From NCBI GenBank assembly GCA_040222015.1, contig JAVJWO010000162.1, positions 1-63,127 of the forward strand: DNA of 63,127 bases, read 5' to 3'. The notes beneath the pieces were generated by a model that worked only from the letters and a program-made list of their open reading frames with translations, was not told where the DNA came from and ran no database searches. This document shows positions 17,730-29,000 of this stretch, in pieces. This DNA comes from Coleofasciculus chthonoplastes F2-STO-03 (lineage in GTDB: Bacteria > Cyanobacteriota > Cyanobacteriia > Cyanobacteriales > Coleofasciculaceae). Position 1 is the stretch's first letter; each line of letters begins with the position of its first letter. Position numbers and translations under genes: made by a program.

Positions 17730-20423
17730 CTATAGCCAATTGCCGATCAGAACAAACGATGCCCAAAAATAGGGATGTTTATATAAGGGTTCTTCCAGAA
17801 GACTAAGCTGTGCTTGTCGCAATGCTTCAGCTTTGCTCACCTTCAGATCCGTTAGTTGATGATAAAATTCCCGCATCATAATCGAGGTGGATTCATCACT
17901 CACTGACCAGAGACTGGCGATTGTACTTTTGGCACCCGATCGCAGGGCAAATCCTGCTAGCCCTAATGTAGCGCGATTATCTCCGGCTGCGGTTTGACAG
18001 GCACTCATGACTAATAGTTCAATTGGTTTCAGTAGCCCCAGCCGCCGTTTTTGAAAGATTAGATCGAAATCTTCTATGGAAATGCGATCGCTCCAGGTGA
18101 GCAGAAAGGTTTCCTCAGGATTGGAACTGAATTGACCGTGAGTCGCTAGGTGAACGATGGGAAAGGATTCGTTGTTAATCAAGTCTTTGAATTTGCCGAA
18201 GGTAAAGTTTTCATTGAATAGCACTTTAGACTTGACTTGTTTCGACACTTGTGCTATCTCTGCATCAACGCCTGGTAAAGGGCTGAACCCTTGACGAGCT
18301 TCGGTTAATCCAGCGGCTAATAAACTTAGTTCGTCTTGGGAGAGTCCTTGGGGAAACAATTGTAATCCGGGACTGAAGACAACCTGATACTTTTGCAGGA
18401 CATACTGTTCTCCATCATAGAGTGCCGCCATGGGTAAGTTGCGGAGAAAGCCATCGGGTACAAATACTAGCGTCTTGATATCTCGGCTAGCCATCGCTGC
18501 TTCAGCGGGTTGGATTAACCAGTTATACACCTGTTGAGAGAGTTGTAACCGTTCGTTTCTAGGATAGCCAGGAGACAGGGCAGAATACAGTTGTGTCAGC
18601 GTGGATTCAACCTCAGCTTGGGTGAGTTGAGTGGCGTAATGGGTGAGGGGTTGATTGGGAATCGAGAGGATAACTTCCAGGCGATCGGGTAATATAATCG
18701 GATAAATTACGGCTGCTTGGGTATCAATTTCTTCCAAGGCTACTGGATTAGTATCTAAACAAGCATCTTGGAAAAAGTTATCCAGTTCTGCTAATTGCAA
18801 CGCTTCCATCACCTCACGGGCTTGTTGCAAGTTAGCTTGATTGTCTCCTTCTTTTAACAGCAGACTGACAAGTTGGCGATAGAGAGGTTCAATCCCTTCT
18901 TTAAAGTCGAACTGAACATCAGAACTAATCGCAACTAAATCACTGCGTAGGGATTGGATATTATCAAAGGCAATTTTATAGGCGGCGAGGGCTTCGCTAG
19001 TTTTGCCTTGTTTTTGCAGAATTTCACCCAATTGTCCCCCCGCCCGTGCTACGATATCGTCGGCGTTAATTTCTTGAGCGAGTTTGAGTGCTTGTTGGGA
19101 TAGGGTTTTGCTATCGTCTAATGTCCCATTCGCCTGATACAGTTGACCCAATTGATACAGGGCATAAGCTTCTGCCCTGGGATCGTTAATTTGTCGGGCT
19201 TGTTTAACCGCTTTTGCCAAGAGTTTTGATGTATCAATTGCCGAGGAATTGGACATCCCGGCTTGATCAGCTTTCATCAAACTATCTGCCAGATTAATTT
19301 GAGCATAAATTGCTGGACGCGAGGCAGACAGTTGGTTAACTTTGGTGGTGACAATTGGGATGAGTTCTTGGGCAACATCCCAGCGTTGTAACTCCACTAA
19401 CATCCGCAATTGATTCAGTTGCGCTTCCAGTTGAGTTAAGGAATCAGGCGTTAATTCGGCAGCTTGTTGATAGTACGTCCAAGCCACGGCATATTCCTGT
19501 AAATCTCGCGCTACATTGCCAATACTAAACAGTGCCTCACTGGTATCCTGAGGTGAGTTTAACTGTTGACTAATTTGCCAACTGGCTTCTAATGCGGCTT
19601 TCGACTGACGCAGTTGACCCAGAGTTTGTAAGGCGACACCTAAACTTCTCAATCCCTTGGCTTTCAGCAGACTATTGGGTTCATTTTGTAACTCACTCAC
19701 CAATTGTTCCAAGAGAGACTTTGCCCGTCGATATTTACCCAAGGCTTGTAAGGCTTGCGCTTGGTTAATTTGGCTGATTAATTGTCCGGTTTGGTCATCT
19801 GCCTGTTTATAAATGGAGGCGGATTTTTTCCAGGTATCTAACGCGGTTTGGCTTTGTCCTTGCAACAGATGAATGGTTCCTTTCGTATTCAAAGCTTGGG
19901 CAAGGAGTAAGCGGGTATTGTTATCAGTATCCTGTTTGGATTGTAACTGATTTAAACTTTGTGCGATCGCGCTTTGGGCAGATTCCGTATTTCCTAACTC
20001 CTTATACGCCAACGCCAGGTAATTCAGCGCCTGGGCTTGCTTCAGGATAAACCCTTCTGCGGCATACGTCTCGGCGGCTTCTTGCCAGACTTTTGCTGCT
20101 TGGTCAAATTGTCCAGCTTGATAATAAAGTTTCCCCTGTTCGACTAAATCTGATGGTTCAGCAGTTTGACTGTAGAGAGGTGCCATGGCGGGTGCTAATG
20201 TTTCCCCCCGGTTCTCGACGATTTCCCCCATCTGATTCCCCATTTCCAACGGAGGATAAGCCGCCGTTGCTGGCAGCTTAGGTGATTGTAAAGATAGGGT
20301 GAGAAAAAAAGCACCCAGAATCAAAGAAATAAAAGAACGGGGGCGCTTCAGCCAACCCTTCCAGGAACCCTTAACCGTTGTTTTGACTTTAGAATATCTT
20401 CTACTCATGTTAATTCCACGCAT
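17730..20423 (-). CDS. TPR + CHAT (caspase-like, clan CD) protease with N-terminal hydrophobic export segment
   Basis: TPR array; VPDG.LRNLP, HLATHG (His) and MSACQTA (Cys) dyad, ASLWSVSD, HPYFWASFVLIGNW. Confidence 0.92.
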   Translation of the reverse strand: MRGINMSRRYSKVKTTVKGSWKGWLKRPRSFISLILGAFFLTLSLQSPKLPATAAYPPLEMGNQMGEIVENRGETLAPAMAPLYSQTAEPSDLVEQGKLYYQAGQFDQAAKVWQEAAETYAAEGFILKQAQALNYLALAYKELGNTESAQSAIAQSLNQLQSKQDTDNNTRLLLAQALNTKGTIHLLQGQSQTALDTWKKSASIYKQADDQTGQLISQINQAQALQALGKYRRAKSLLEQLVSELQNEPNSLLKAKGLRSLGVALQTLGQLRQSKAALEASWQISQQLNSPQDTSEALFSIGNVARDLQEYAVAWTYYQQAAELTPDSLTQLEAQLNQLRMLVELQRWDVAQELIPIVTTKVNQLSASRPAIYAQINLADSLMKADQAGMSNSSAIDTSKLLAKAVKQARQINDPRAEAYALYQLGQLYQANGTLDDSKTLSQQALKLAQEINADDIVARAGGQLGEILQKQGKTSEALAAYKIAFDNIQSLRSDLVAISSDVQFDFKEGIEPLYRQLVSLLLKEGDNQANLQQAREVMEALQLAELDNFFQDACLDTNPVALEEIDTQAAVIYPIILPDRLEVILSIPNQPLTHYATQLTQAEVESTLTQLYSALSPGYPRNERLQLSQQVYNWLIQPAEAAMASRDIKTLVFVPDGFLRNLPMAALYDGEQYVLQKYQVVFSPGLQLFPQGLSQDELSLLAAGLTEARQGFSPLPGVDAEIAQVSKQVKSKVLFNENFTFGKFKDLINNESFPIVHLATHGQFSSNPEETFLLTWSDRISIEDFDLIFQKRRLGLLKPIELLVMSACQTAAGDNRATLGLAGFALRSGAKSTIASLWSVSDESTSIMMREFYHQLTDLKVSKAEALRQAQLSLLEEPLYKHPYFWASFVLIGNWL

Positions 20424-20562
20424 ATATGCATAAATTATATTATATTTACGGGCTAATTTATTTCATCCGACACTCACGTTGATAGAATATTGGGTAAGGT
20501 AGTTAACGACTTGCTGATTACCTTTGAGCAAGCCAATGACGAAATTGGTGTCAAGTAAAAAT

Positions 20563-20784
20563 TTACTTCCATTCACTGCGTAGTCTGTGCTGAATTTCGA
20601 CGGGATCTTCGTTGAGGTTGGGGGAGTCTTTCAAAATGCCTAAATAGCTAGAAAGCAATTGTGATCTAGGGGATGGGCGCAATTGAAATTTCTGGCGCAA
20701 AAACTCTGCAAATGCTAACACCATATTGGCTTGGTCTTCGGGCAAGGCTTTGACGAGTTCGTACACAGCTTCGGCGGTAGTCAT
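20563..20784 (-). CDS. Small DUF2281-like (antitoxin-like) protein
   Basis: MTTAEAVYELVKALPEDQ..VLAFAEFL...DPVEIQ..LRSEW pattern; ATG at 20784. Confidence 0.6.
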   Translation of the reverse strand: MTTAEAVYELVKALPEDQANMVLAFAEFLRQKFQLRPSPRSQLLSSYLGILKDSPNLNEDPVEIQHRLRSEWK

Positions 20785-20899
20785 TAGCAGGTGAGTTGTA
20801 TCGGGTGTTGCTTGGATAGGGTTATGAACCCATAACATTTATTCTATAGCATCAGAACCAGGATAGAATAGAATTGTCATAGATTTATACAAAAAAATA

Positions 20900-21541
20900 A
20901 TGGTTCAAGTTCATTCAAAACCCGTCACGTTTGATCAGTTTATTTCCTGGTATACCGAAAATTCAGAAGCCCATTACGAACTGCACAACGGAGTCATTGT
21001 CGAAATGCCAAAAGCGACGGGAGATCATTCAGAAGTTGCTGGTTTCCTAGTGGCTGAATTCAATTTTGAAATTCGACGAGACCAAAAATCTTGGTTAATT
21101 CCCAAGGAGTGCATTGTTAAGTCTGAGAATGAGATGTCTGGGTACGAACCCGATGTCATTGTTTTAGATCGCAGCGCACTGGGTAGGGAACCTCGATGGA
21201 AAAAGGAGTCTATTATTACCTTAGGAACAACGGTTCGTTTAGCCGTCGAGGTTGTTTCAACCAACTGGAGAGATGATTACGGCTATAAACTGGTTGATTA
21301 CGAAGCTTTATTAATTCCCGAATACTGGATTGTCGATTACTTGGGCTTGGGAGGAAGGCGCTATATCGGCAATCCCAAGCAACCAACCCTTTCAGTTTGT
21401 CAGTTAGTCGATGGCGAGTACCAAATTCGACAGTTTCGGGGAAGCGATCGCATCGAGTCTCTGGCTTTTCCCCAGTTAGATTTGACAGCAGAACAAGTTA
21501 ACAAGTTTTTGCCGCTCACAGATAAGATTCTTATGTACTAG
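20900..21541 (+). CDS. Uma2 family (DUF820) PD-(D/E)xK endonuclease
   Basis: YELHNG, EPDV, LAVEVVSTNWRDDY..K..DY...IPEYWIVD. Confidence 0.88.
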   Translation: MVQVHSKPVTFDQFISWYTENSEAHYELHNGVIVEMPKATGDHSEVAGFLVAEFNFEIRRDQKSWLIPKECIVKSENEMSGYEPDVIVLDRSALGREPRWKKESIITLGTTVRLAVEVVSTNWRDDYGYKLVDYEALLIPEYWIVDYLGLGGRRYIGNPKQPTLSVCQLVDGEYQIRQFRGSDRIESLAFPQLDLTAEQVNKFLPLTDKILMY

Positions 21542-21603
21542 AGCGTTAGTTTAGTAAGAGGATGTTTCACTTTTGTTGCACGGGAGAAGGGCAACCGGAA
21601 TCT

Positions 21604-21716
21604 ATTGCTCCCCTATTGCTCCCCTATTGCTCCCCTATTGCTCCCCTATTGCTCCCCTCTCCCCGGCGTGGGAGAGGGGCTGGGGTAGAGGGGTTGAGCT
21701 TAAGTTGACACGGATG
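21604..21716. mobile_element. Truncated inverted copy of the REP-targeting MITE, preceded by an (CCCCTATTGCT)n repeat
   Basis: 21651-21716 is the reverse complement of the MITE left part and ends in the TIR CTTAAGTTGACACGGATG, followed by REP half CACCTCAGTGCGCCCCTAC. Confidence 0.75.
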
Positions 21717-21720
21717 CACC

Positions 21721-24700
21721 TCAGTGCGCCCCTACACAATTTGCATATTGATTCGGTAACATTTCCTGGGGCAATTCTGCCACTAATTCAACCTCTCCTT
21801 GTTCATTTTTCACCCAACCCGTCGCTTCCACAAGATACTGCCTTTCAGTAGTAGATTCTCCCGCATTAGAAACAGGCTGTTTAGCTTGAGGCTGATTTTC
21901 CGATGCAGTTGCAGCAAAATCGCGCACATCAGATAACAGCGTTTGACCCCGAATCGGTGCAGTTGGATCACTCGGTACCCCTCCTCGCCCGGTAATGGTA
22001 AACACATTACCCTCAGCCGCCGCACAGGTTTTCACCACTTGGTTACTGGTATCGGCAAGTTGATCCGGTAATTTCTCTAATCTTGCTGGGGGAGTAATTC
22101 CGGGAATAATCAGCTCGAATTTACCCGGACGACCAAACCTAGAACTAACAGTAATATCATTGAGTGGCGTTGGTTGCTCTCGAAACGCAATAAAATAAAG
22201 TTGATTCGCGATAATAACAATAGCGCCCCCTCGACCAAAGAATGCGTTAGCAGCAATATCACTATTTTCACCAGGAAACGCCACAACAAATGGGGTACTT
22301 ATCGTAATATTACCGCCATCACCATCAGCATTTGCTGTTCCTGCCGTGGCTGAAATCAAACTGCCTCGACGCATGAATACTAAATCATCAAAGGATAAGA
22401 CAACATTACCCCCATCCTTACTGGCTGCCTCTGCCGAAATCTGACCATTATCCAGAATTAATTGACCGCCTTCAAGCTGGATATTGCCACCAGTACCTGT
22501 ACCTTGACTATCCACGGAAATTACCGCACCATCGCTAATTTGAACCCGTTCCGGATTAGTAACGAAGATACTGCCACTCTTTCCAGTAGAAGCTGAGGCT
22601 GTACTTGCAAAGATACCTGTATTTTCACCCATCAGGTTAATTACGTTATCCACATTGATAATCGTGTCCCCTGCATCACCAGTTCCGACTGTATCAGTGC
22701 TAATTTGCGCTCCATCTTTCAAGATCAGAGTGTTTCCTGTTACCTCAATTACACCGCCATTTCCTGATGACCCTTCGGCAGCATTAGAAAACAATCCGGT
22801 ATCCTCACCAAAAAGTCGAATTGAGTTAGCGTTGATAAAGATTTTGCCAGCATCTTCACTACTTTCAGTTAACGCTTCTAACTGTGCGCCGTTCGTGACA
22901 GATAGGGATGCGGCGTTAATCGTTAATGTGCCGCCACCTCCAGTTGCTCCCGCCAAGGTTCCTACAAACACACCACTAGGGTCAAACTCTCCACCTTTAT
23001 TGCCATCAAATATAGCCGCCCCAGTTACATCAATAGTAATATTTCCGGCATTACTCCCAGTTTCTGCGTCTGATTGACCACTGGTACTGGCACTAATAAA
23101 TCCACCATCTGTTACCGAAAGCTGATTCGTGTTAATCGTAATGTCGTTCCCTTGCCCCTTTGATGTCGGTGCAACCTCACTCAAAATACCACTAGGAATT
23201 GGAAAGTTTGGACCGAGTACAGCCCCCTTAATCTCAATTTCATCAGCATTAACATCAATTCGACCCGCATTACCCGATGCTACAGTTGTCGTTCTAATTT
23301 GTCCCCCATCTTCCAGCATAAGTTTACCCGTCTCGACTGAAACCCTCCCAGCATTGCCATTCCCTCGACGAATGCCCATTGGAAATAAGGCATCAGGCAA
23401 GGCAGGAAAATCAGATGCATCAGCAAAGAACGGACCGTTAGGGATACTCAAAAAAGGCAGTACCGCACTCACAATCCCACTAGGATTGTCGCCGGATGTT
23501 CCAATTAATTTAATTGATTCAGTGGCAATAACACTAACATTTCCAGCGTTTCCTACACCTGCTGTTGACGAAAAAATCTGGCTGCCATCCGTAGCCCTCA
23601 GTGTTCTTGTTGTGACAGCAACATCTCCAGCATTACCCCCTCTTACAAAAGAGGTTTCACTGGAAATCGTACTACCATTTTCTAGTGTAATGGAATCAGC
23701 CTCAACATTGACAGCACCTGCATTTCCAATACCTGATGTTGCTGTGTTGATTCGACTACTTTGTTTCAAACTCAAGGTATGGGTAGAAATGTTTATAGCA
23801 CCACCTTGTTCAGCACCAATGTAAAGCGTTTCAATTTCGTTGTTATTCATTAATTGAATCGTGGGAGCTGTGAGACTGATATCACCACCAATCCCATCAG
23901 TTTGAGTAAAACTCACGCCTTCAATCTTACTTGAATCATTAAAAAGAATTGACACACCACTATTCAGCGTTACATTACCGCCAACTAATCCCACGGATAG
24001 AATCTCACTGTTATCAGCAATAGAAAGCTCCCCACGAGCATCAATGGCAATGTCTCCCCCTAACTCAAACATTGGCAATGGCGTTTCTAATTTATCTGCG
24101 TCTGTAATAATACTTTCAACCTGAATACTACCATCGGGTAGCTCTAAATTCGGTCGATATTGATTCGTCAGTAGGATTAAACCATCAGATTGGGCAACTT
24201 CAATCTTACCTACCTTAATATTAGAACCACTGATGGAAGGCGTTTCAAATGTAACCGAACCTGTAGGAATATCCGTTGGGCTGGGAATACCTGGAACTCC
24301 CGTAAATGGCGCTTGAGTCCAGTCAATTCCGGCTCTCACATCTAAGGTTGCTTGACTATCTCCATTGACACTAACTGAGGTGCCATCCGATAATGTAACA
24401 TTACTCAGGGCGCTGTAGGGTGTATTGGTTCCCGGAATTAAGGCGTTATTGTTACTGTTAATTGTACTCGCCGTTAGACCCGTATTATTAATTCTGACTG
24501 TACCTAACTCAACACTTCCCCCAGCCAAAATATGTAGCGACGCACCCTGATAATTACCGAGTTTCACATCCCCTGCAGCCAGGACAATGGGATCATCGGC
24601 AGCAAAACTATTCCCTGGAGTACCGTCGAGTTGTTCAACCGAAAATTGACCATTGGTAGCATAATGACCATCAAGTTGGATGTCATTAGCTGAACGCAGA

Positions 24701-25521
24701 GTCATATTGCCGTTGGAACTCAAGCCACTATTTGCATGGTTTAAGATAGACAGGGTTAACCCTTGATTTCCCTGGGCGACAAATTCACCCCCAGCCATTG
24801 CGATAAAGGGATTAGTCGCGGTATCTTGTATGGTTAACAGTTCTGAGGCTTTGAGTTTCAGATTGCTTCCGGCTGTTAACTGACCCCCTTCTAGGTAAAT
24901 ATTTTGACCAATGAATGATAAATCTTGTCCGGCGGATAAGTTTCCTGTACTGGTAATTTCTCCAGTAGGCGGTAACCATTGAGAAATACCTAAAGGAGTT
25001 GTAACGGTGAGCAAGGGTGGCGAATCAGGATTCGTAGCGCTGAAGGTATAACCATTGTCGAAGACTACACCACCCGATGTGCTAGCCGCAAAAGAGCCAG
25101 GAACGTCTAGACTCGCATTGGGACCAAAAATCACACCATTGGGATTGAGTAAATACAGATTGGCGTCACCCAAAACGCCTAACGTCCCAAAAATATCTGA
25201 GTGATTGTTTCCGGTGACTCGACTGAAAATATCGGCAATACCACTCGGATTGGCAAAGTAAACCTGTTGCCCTTCATTGACATTAAACTGATCAAAGCTA
25301 TGGAATAAAGTTGATCCTCGGCTTACGCCACCATTGATTAGGTCAATTATCTGATTATTAATCTCAACATTGGGCGTGACAACAGAGTTCTCTGAACCCA
25401 ATGTGTTATCTGGAACAATTGATTGTGAAAAACTAGGCAGAGGAGAGCCAAAAATACAACCAAATGTGCCACTGATTAGGGCAACTTTGCAAATACTGAA
25501 CCAATCACGCTTGTGAAGCAT
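21721..25521 (-). CDS. Filamentous haemagglutinin-family (TPS-domain) exoprotein, cyanobacterial type
   Basis: Signal peptide, LFHSFDQFNV, IFSRVTG..S.I.G, NPNGVIFG, repeated GNAG-type beta-helix motifs, C-terminal TGRGGVP...EATGW; ATG at 25521 with AGGAAGG upstream. Confidence 0.9.
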   Translation of the reverse strand: MLHKRDWFSICKVALISGTFGCIFGSPLPSFSQSIVPDNTLGSENSVVTPNVEINNQIIDLINGGVSRGSTLFHSFDQFNVNEGQQVYFANPSGIADIFSRVTGNNHSDIFGTLGVLGDANLYLLNPNGVIFGPNASLDVPGSFAASTSGGVVFDNGYTFSATNPDSPPLLTVTTPLGISQWLPPTGEITSTGNLSAGQDLSFIGQNIYLEGGQLTAGSNLKLKASELLTIQDTATNPFIAMAGGEFVAQGNQGLTLSILNHANSGLSSNGNMTLRSANDIQLDGHYATNGQFSVEQLDGTPGNSFAADDPIVLAAGDVKLGNYQGASLHILAGGSVELGTVRINNTGLTASTINSNNNALIPGTNTPYSALSNVTLSDGTSVSVNGDSQATLDVRAGIDWTQAPFTGVPGIPSPTDIPTGSVTFETPSISGSNIKVGKIEVAQSDGLILLTNQYRPNLELPDGSIQVESIITDADKLETPLPMFELGGDIAIDARGELSIADNSEILSVGLVGGNVTLNSGVSILFNDSSKIEGVSFTQTDGIGGDISLTAPTIQLMNNNEIETLYIGAEQGGAINISTHTLSLKQSSRINTATSGIGNAGAVNVEADSITLENGSTISSETSFVRGGNAGDVAVTTRTLRATDGSQIFSSTAGVGNAGNVSVIATESIKLIGTSGDNPSGIVSAVLPFLSIPNGPFFADASDFPALPDALFPMGIRRGNGNAGRVSVETGKLMLEDGGQIRTTTVASGNAGRIDVNADEIEIKGAVLGPNFPIPSGILSEVAPTSKGQGNDITINTNQLSVTDGGFISASTSGQSDAETGSNAGNITIDVTGAAIFDGNKGGEFDPSGVFVGTLAGATGGGGTLTINAASLSVTNGAQLEALTESSEDAGKIFINANSIRLFGEDTGLFSNAAEGSSGNGGVIEVTGNTLILKDGAQISTDTVGTGDAGDTIINVDNVINLMGENTGIFASTASASTGKSGSIFVTNPERVQISDGAVISVDSQGTGTGGNIQLEGGQLILDNGQISAEAASKDGGNVVLSFDDLVFMRRGSLISATAGTANADGDGGNITISTPFVVAFPGENSDIAANAFFGRGGAIVIIANQLYFIAFREQPTPLNDITVSSRFGRPGKFELIIPGITPPARLEKLPDQLADTSNQVVKTCAAAEGNVFTITGRGGVPSDPTAPIRGQTLLSDVRDFAATASENQPQAKQPVSNAGESTTERQYLVEATGWVKNEQGEVELVAELPQEMLPNQYANCVGAH

Positions 25522-26098
25522 TTCCTTCCTTCCTACCAATCTCAATATGGCTATCTGTCAAAGCTCAATGAGGAGCTGATTTTAAGATGTGACACAACTG
25601 TTTGCTGATTGACTCACTCGCAACATCAGGGAAAATGTCACTGTTGTAGTGGCGTGGTACACCTAATTGAATGAATTGAGTTCACGCCAGAAACCCATAG
25701 GGGGCAAAGATTTGCGCCCGATTCAATGGTCAAGTCTATTCCACAATTTGAGCTGTGTCAATCCAGATGGTTGGGTTAAGCGATCGCGAAATCCAACCCA
25801 ATTGAATCTTTTGTGCTGTCCCTGATATGCCCCCAATAATCAGCTTATATATAAGTTAATTATTTTAGCATATAATTTGGTTTACCATAGCATTTTTTTA
25901 GTTTATTTCATGAAGATAGGTTACGGTAAAAATCTGCACCGATAGTCTTGGCTTCGACGATTTATTTGTCTAAATGAGTTGTGAAAATGTGTCTATGGCT
26001 ATAATCAATTGAGTGAGTCTCAGGGGCGTAGGTTTTTACAGATGGAGGGTGCGTTACGCTTCGCTAACGCACCCTACGGTTTATACGTTTTCTAGACT

Positions 26099-29000
26099 TT
26101 AAATATACGAGAAACTGGTCGTAAAGGCAAGGTTTGCGGTATTAACCCCTTCCACCTGCATGATGTCTTCTCCATTCAAACTGATGATACTATCAGCACC
26201 TTGTTGAGTAAGCACAATATCATTCTGTAGTATGCCTAACAATCCGATCTGATCAGAACCAACATCATAGCCGCGCACAATATCTAAACCAGCGTTTTCT
26301 TCAAGTACATACACGTCAGTACTGCCATCTTGAGTCACGGTTTGTGTGTTGACATCATAGTTTGCCCCAACCAGAATATCTGCACCAAAACCACCACGCA
26401 ATGTATCTGATCCTGAACCACCGACGAGGAGATCATCCCCTCCATCACCCCGCATTAAATCTGCACCTAAGTTGCCCCACAACTGGTCATCACCTAAGTT
26501 CCCAATTAACTCATCACTACCGTTGTTACCTTCAATGATCTCTGAGAAAGAACTCCCCTCGATTGTATCTGCCCCATTGCTCCCTTTGAGTTTGACGGTG
26601 GCATTAACAGGAGCAATTACATTAAGCTGGGATAAGTCGATATCTCCCTTACCATTTTGGGTATCAAAGGTCATCGTCGTACCCAAAATTTCTAAGTCTG
26701 TCGCCAGATAGCCTTTGTCTTGCAACGAATTCAGGTCTAATGTCCTCAGCCTGGTTGTGGTGACAGATGAATCCATCACAATCTTTAAACTGCTTAGGGG
26801 ATTAGTCGCTGGAGCAAGAGTATTGAGTGCATCTTGCAAATCATTGTAGTTGATAATCTGTGTTCCTGGCGTTAAATTCTCATCGGCAAAATACACGCCA
26901 TCTGATTTAACTAAAATAATCACGTTATCGACGAAATCAGGAGTGACTTGAGCCTCAGTAATTGCCAGTAGTTCAGTTTGGTTTGTGTTAGGATTCGTTA
27001 GCTGAAGCGCCCCATCCGTAAAAATATCAGCACCTGCATGACCCTCTTCCATTAATTGCTGATTAAACTCAACAATTTGCTGTGCCGCCGTCGGATCAGT
27101 AAAGGTATCCAGTGCTAAAAATGCATTCCACTCATTGGGAATTAGACTGATCAGCCCTTTATTATCAAAGTTAAAATGAAGGGCAGCCGCACCCTCTGTT
27201 CCGTCAGGAAGAAATGCTGATGTGTTATAAGCCTGTCCACTGGCTATGAGTGAATTACAATTGTCATAAACGATCTGACCTGTTACGGTGCTGATACAGT
27301 AATCAAAATCTAGAATGGTTGCGTATTCTGGATTGAGAGGATCATCAGTTTGCGGATCAAACAGGTCAGAATAAAGACGCACTTGCTCTCCATTACTGAG
27401 CGTCCCGATGTACTGCATAAAGGGAATTGTGCCATAGTCAGCACTGGTGTTGTTCGATGTATTTGATTCAAAAACATTAGCACCGTTGGCTGTGACACTA
27501 ACTTGACCCCCAACGAGATTTTGTTGGACGTTGACTATCGATGAACCCGCTACTTTGTCAATTTTATTGACAGGAAGCCAAGATTTACCTTGAACTTGCG
27601 TGTTGTTGTATTCCGATAGTTCAGAGTTTTCCCCTAATGAAGCGTAGATATTGTTAGTTTGAACATACTCACTACTGACAATTGTTTTTACCGTAAATTG
27701 GGCAGATTCACCAGAGGAGAGGGAAGGAATTACTACTTCAACAGAATCCGGATTGCCATCACCGATTAAGCTTTGACCATTGGCAGCAATATAAGGATCA
27801 ATCGTGCCATCTTGATCTGGATCGTATTCATCCAAATTAATCGCACCGACAGGAATAATTAATTCGGAGACATTTAACTGTAAGTCGGCAATATCGGTAA
27901 TCAAAACAGACTCAGCCGTTGCCAGACCATTGTTGATGACGGTCAATGTATAGGAAAATTCTTCATTGGGAATTGCAATATTTTGACCTTCATAAGTTGG
28001 GATAAATGTCTTAACAACTTCCAAATCAACTTCTTGCCGATTGCCGAAATCAATATCTGTTGCATTTGTCCCGCTTTCAACAAGGATCGGTGATGGATTG
28101 GCTGTTTTCTGTACCCAACCCGTTTGTTGAACTTCGCGGATGGTATAGGTTCCAACCGTTAAATCGGTAAAGCTGTAGTTACCACTGGCATCTGTGGTGG
28201 TGCTGGTTTCTCCGGCATCGAGAACCCCATCATCATCACTATCAATAAAGATAGTCCAGTCGGCTAATCCCGCTTCACCTGCATCTTTCACCCCGTCGCC
28301 ATCGCTGTCTTCAAACTTCTGTCCACTGATGGTTCCTAGTTGGAAGTTACCGAAGTCAACCCCTGTAGTATCTGTGCCACTGGTAACATTAATCGCGCTG
28401 GGATTTGTTGTTGTTTGCAGCCAACTGGTTTGTTGAACTTCCCGGATGGTATAGGTTCCAGCACTTAAATCAGTAAAGCTGTAGTCACCATTGGAGTCGG
28501 TAACGGTACTGGTTTCACCTGCATCTTTAACACCATCATTATCGCTATCAATAAAGATAGTCCAGCCAGCTAATCCCGTTTCACCTGCATCTTTAACCCC
28601 ATCACCATCAATATCTTCAAACTTCTGTCCACTGATGCTACCGAATTCTTCAACGTTACCGAAATCAATGCCTGTAACTGTTGTACTACTACCAATCGTG
28701 ATTAGATTTGGAGCAGTCGTCGTTTGAATAAAGCCTGTTGGAGTTACCTGGCGAACAAAATAGTCACCCCCTAAAACATCACTAAAGGAGTATGAACCAT
28801 TAACGGAGGTTGTAGTGGTTACCAATGAGTCTTTAGTTGGATCAAATGCGCCTTCATTCGCCTCAAATATGCCGTCACCATCATCTAAAAATAATTTAAT
28901 CGTGACGTTATCTAAATCAGGATCAGCACCCGCTTCATCATCTCCATCTCCATTAAGATCCTCAAACACTCGACCAGAAATCGTCCCCTCCGGATCGATT

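Noticed and set aside
22655..23824. 140-aa and 231-aa plus-strand ORFs
   Set aside because: Antisense shadows of the haemagglutinin gene; the same applies to the ORFs at 28194-29075 opposite the adhesin
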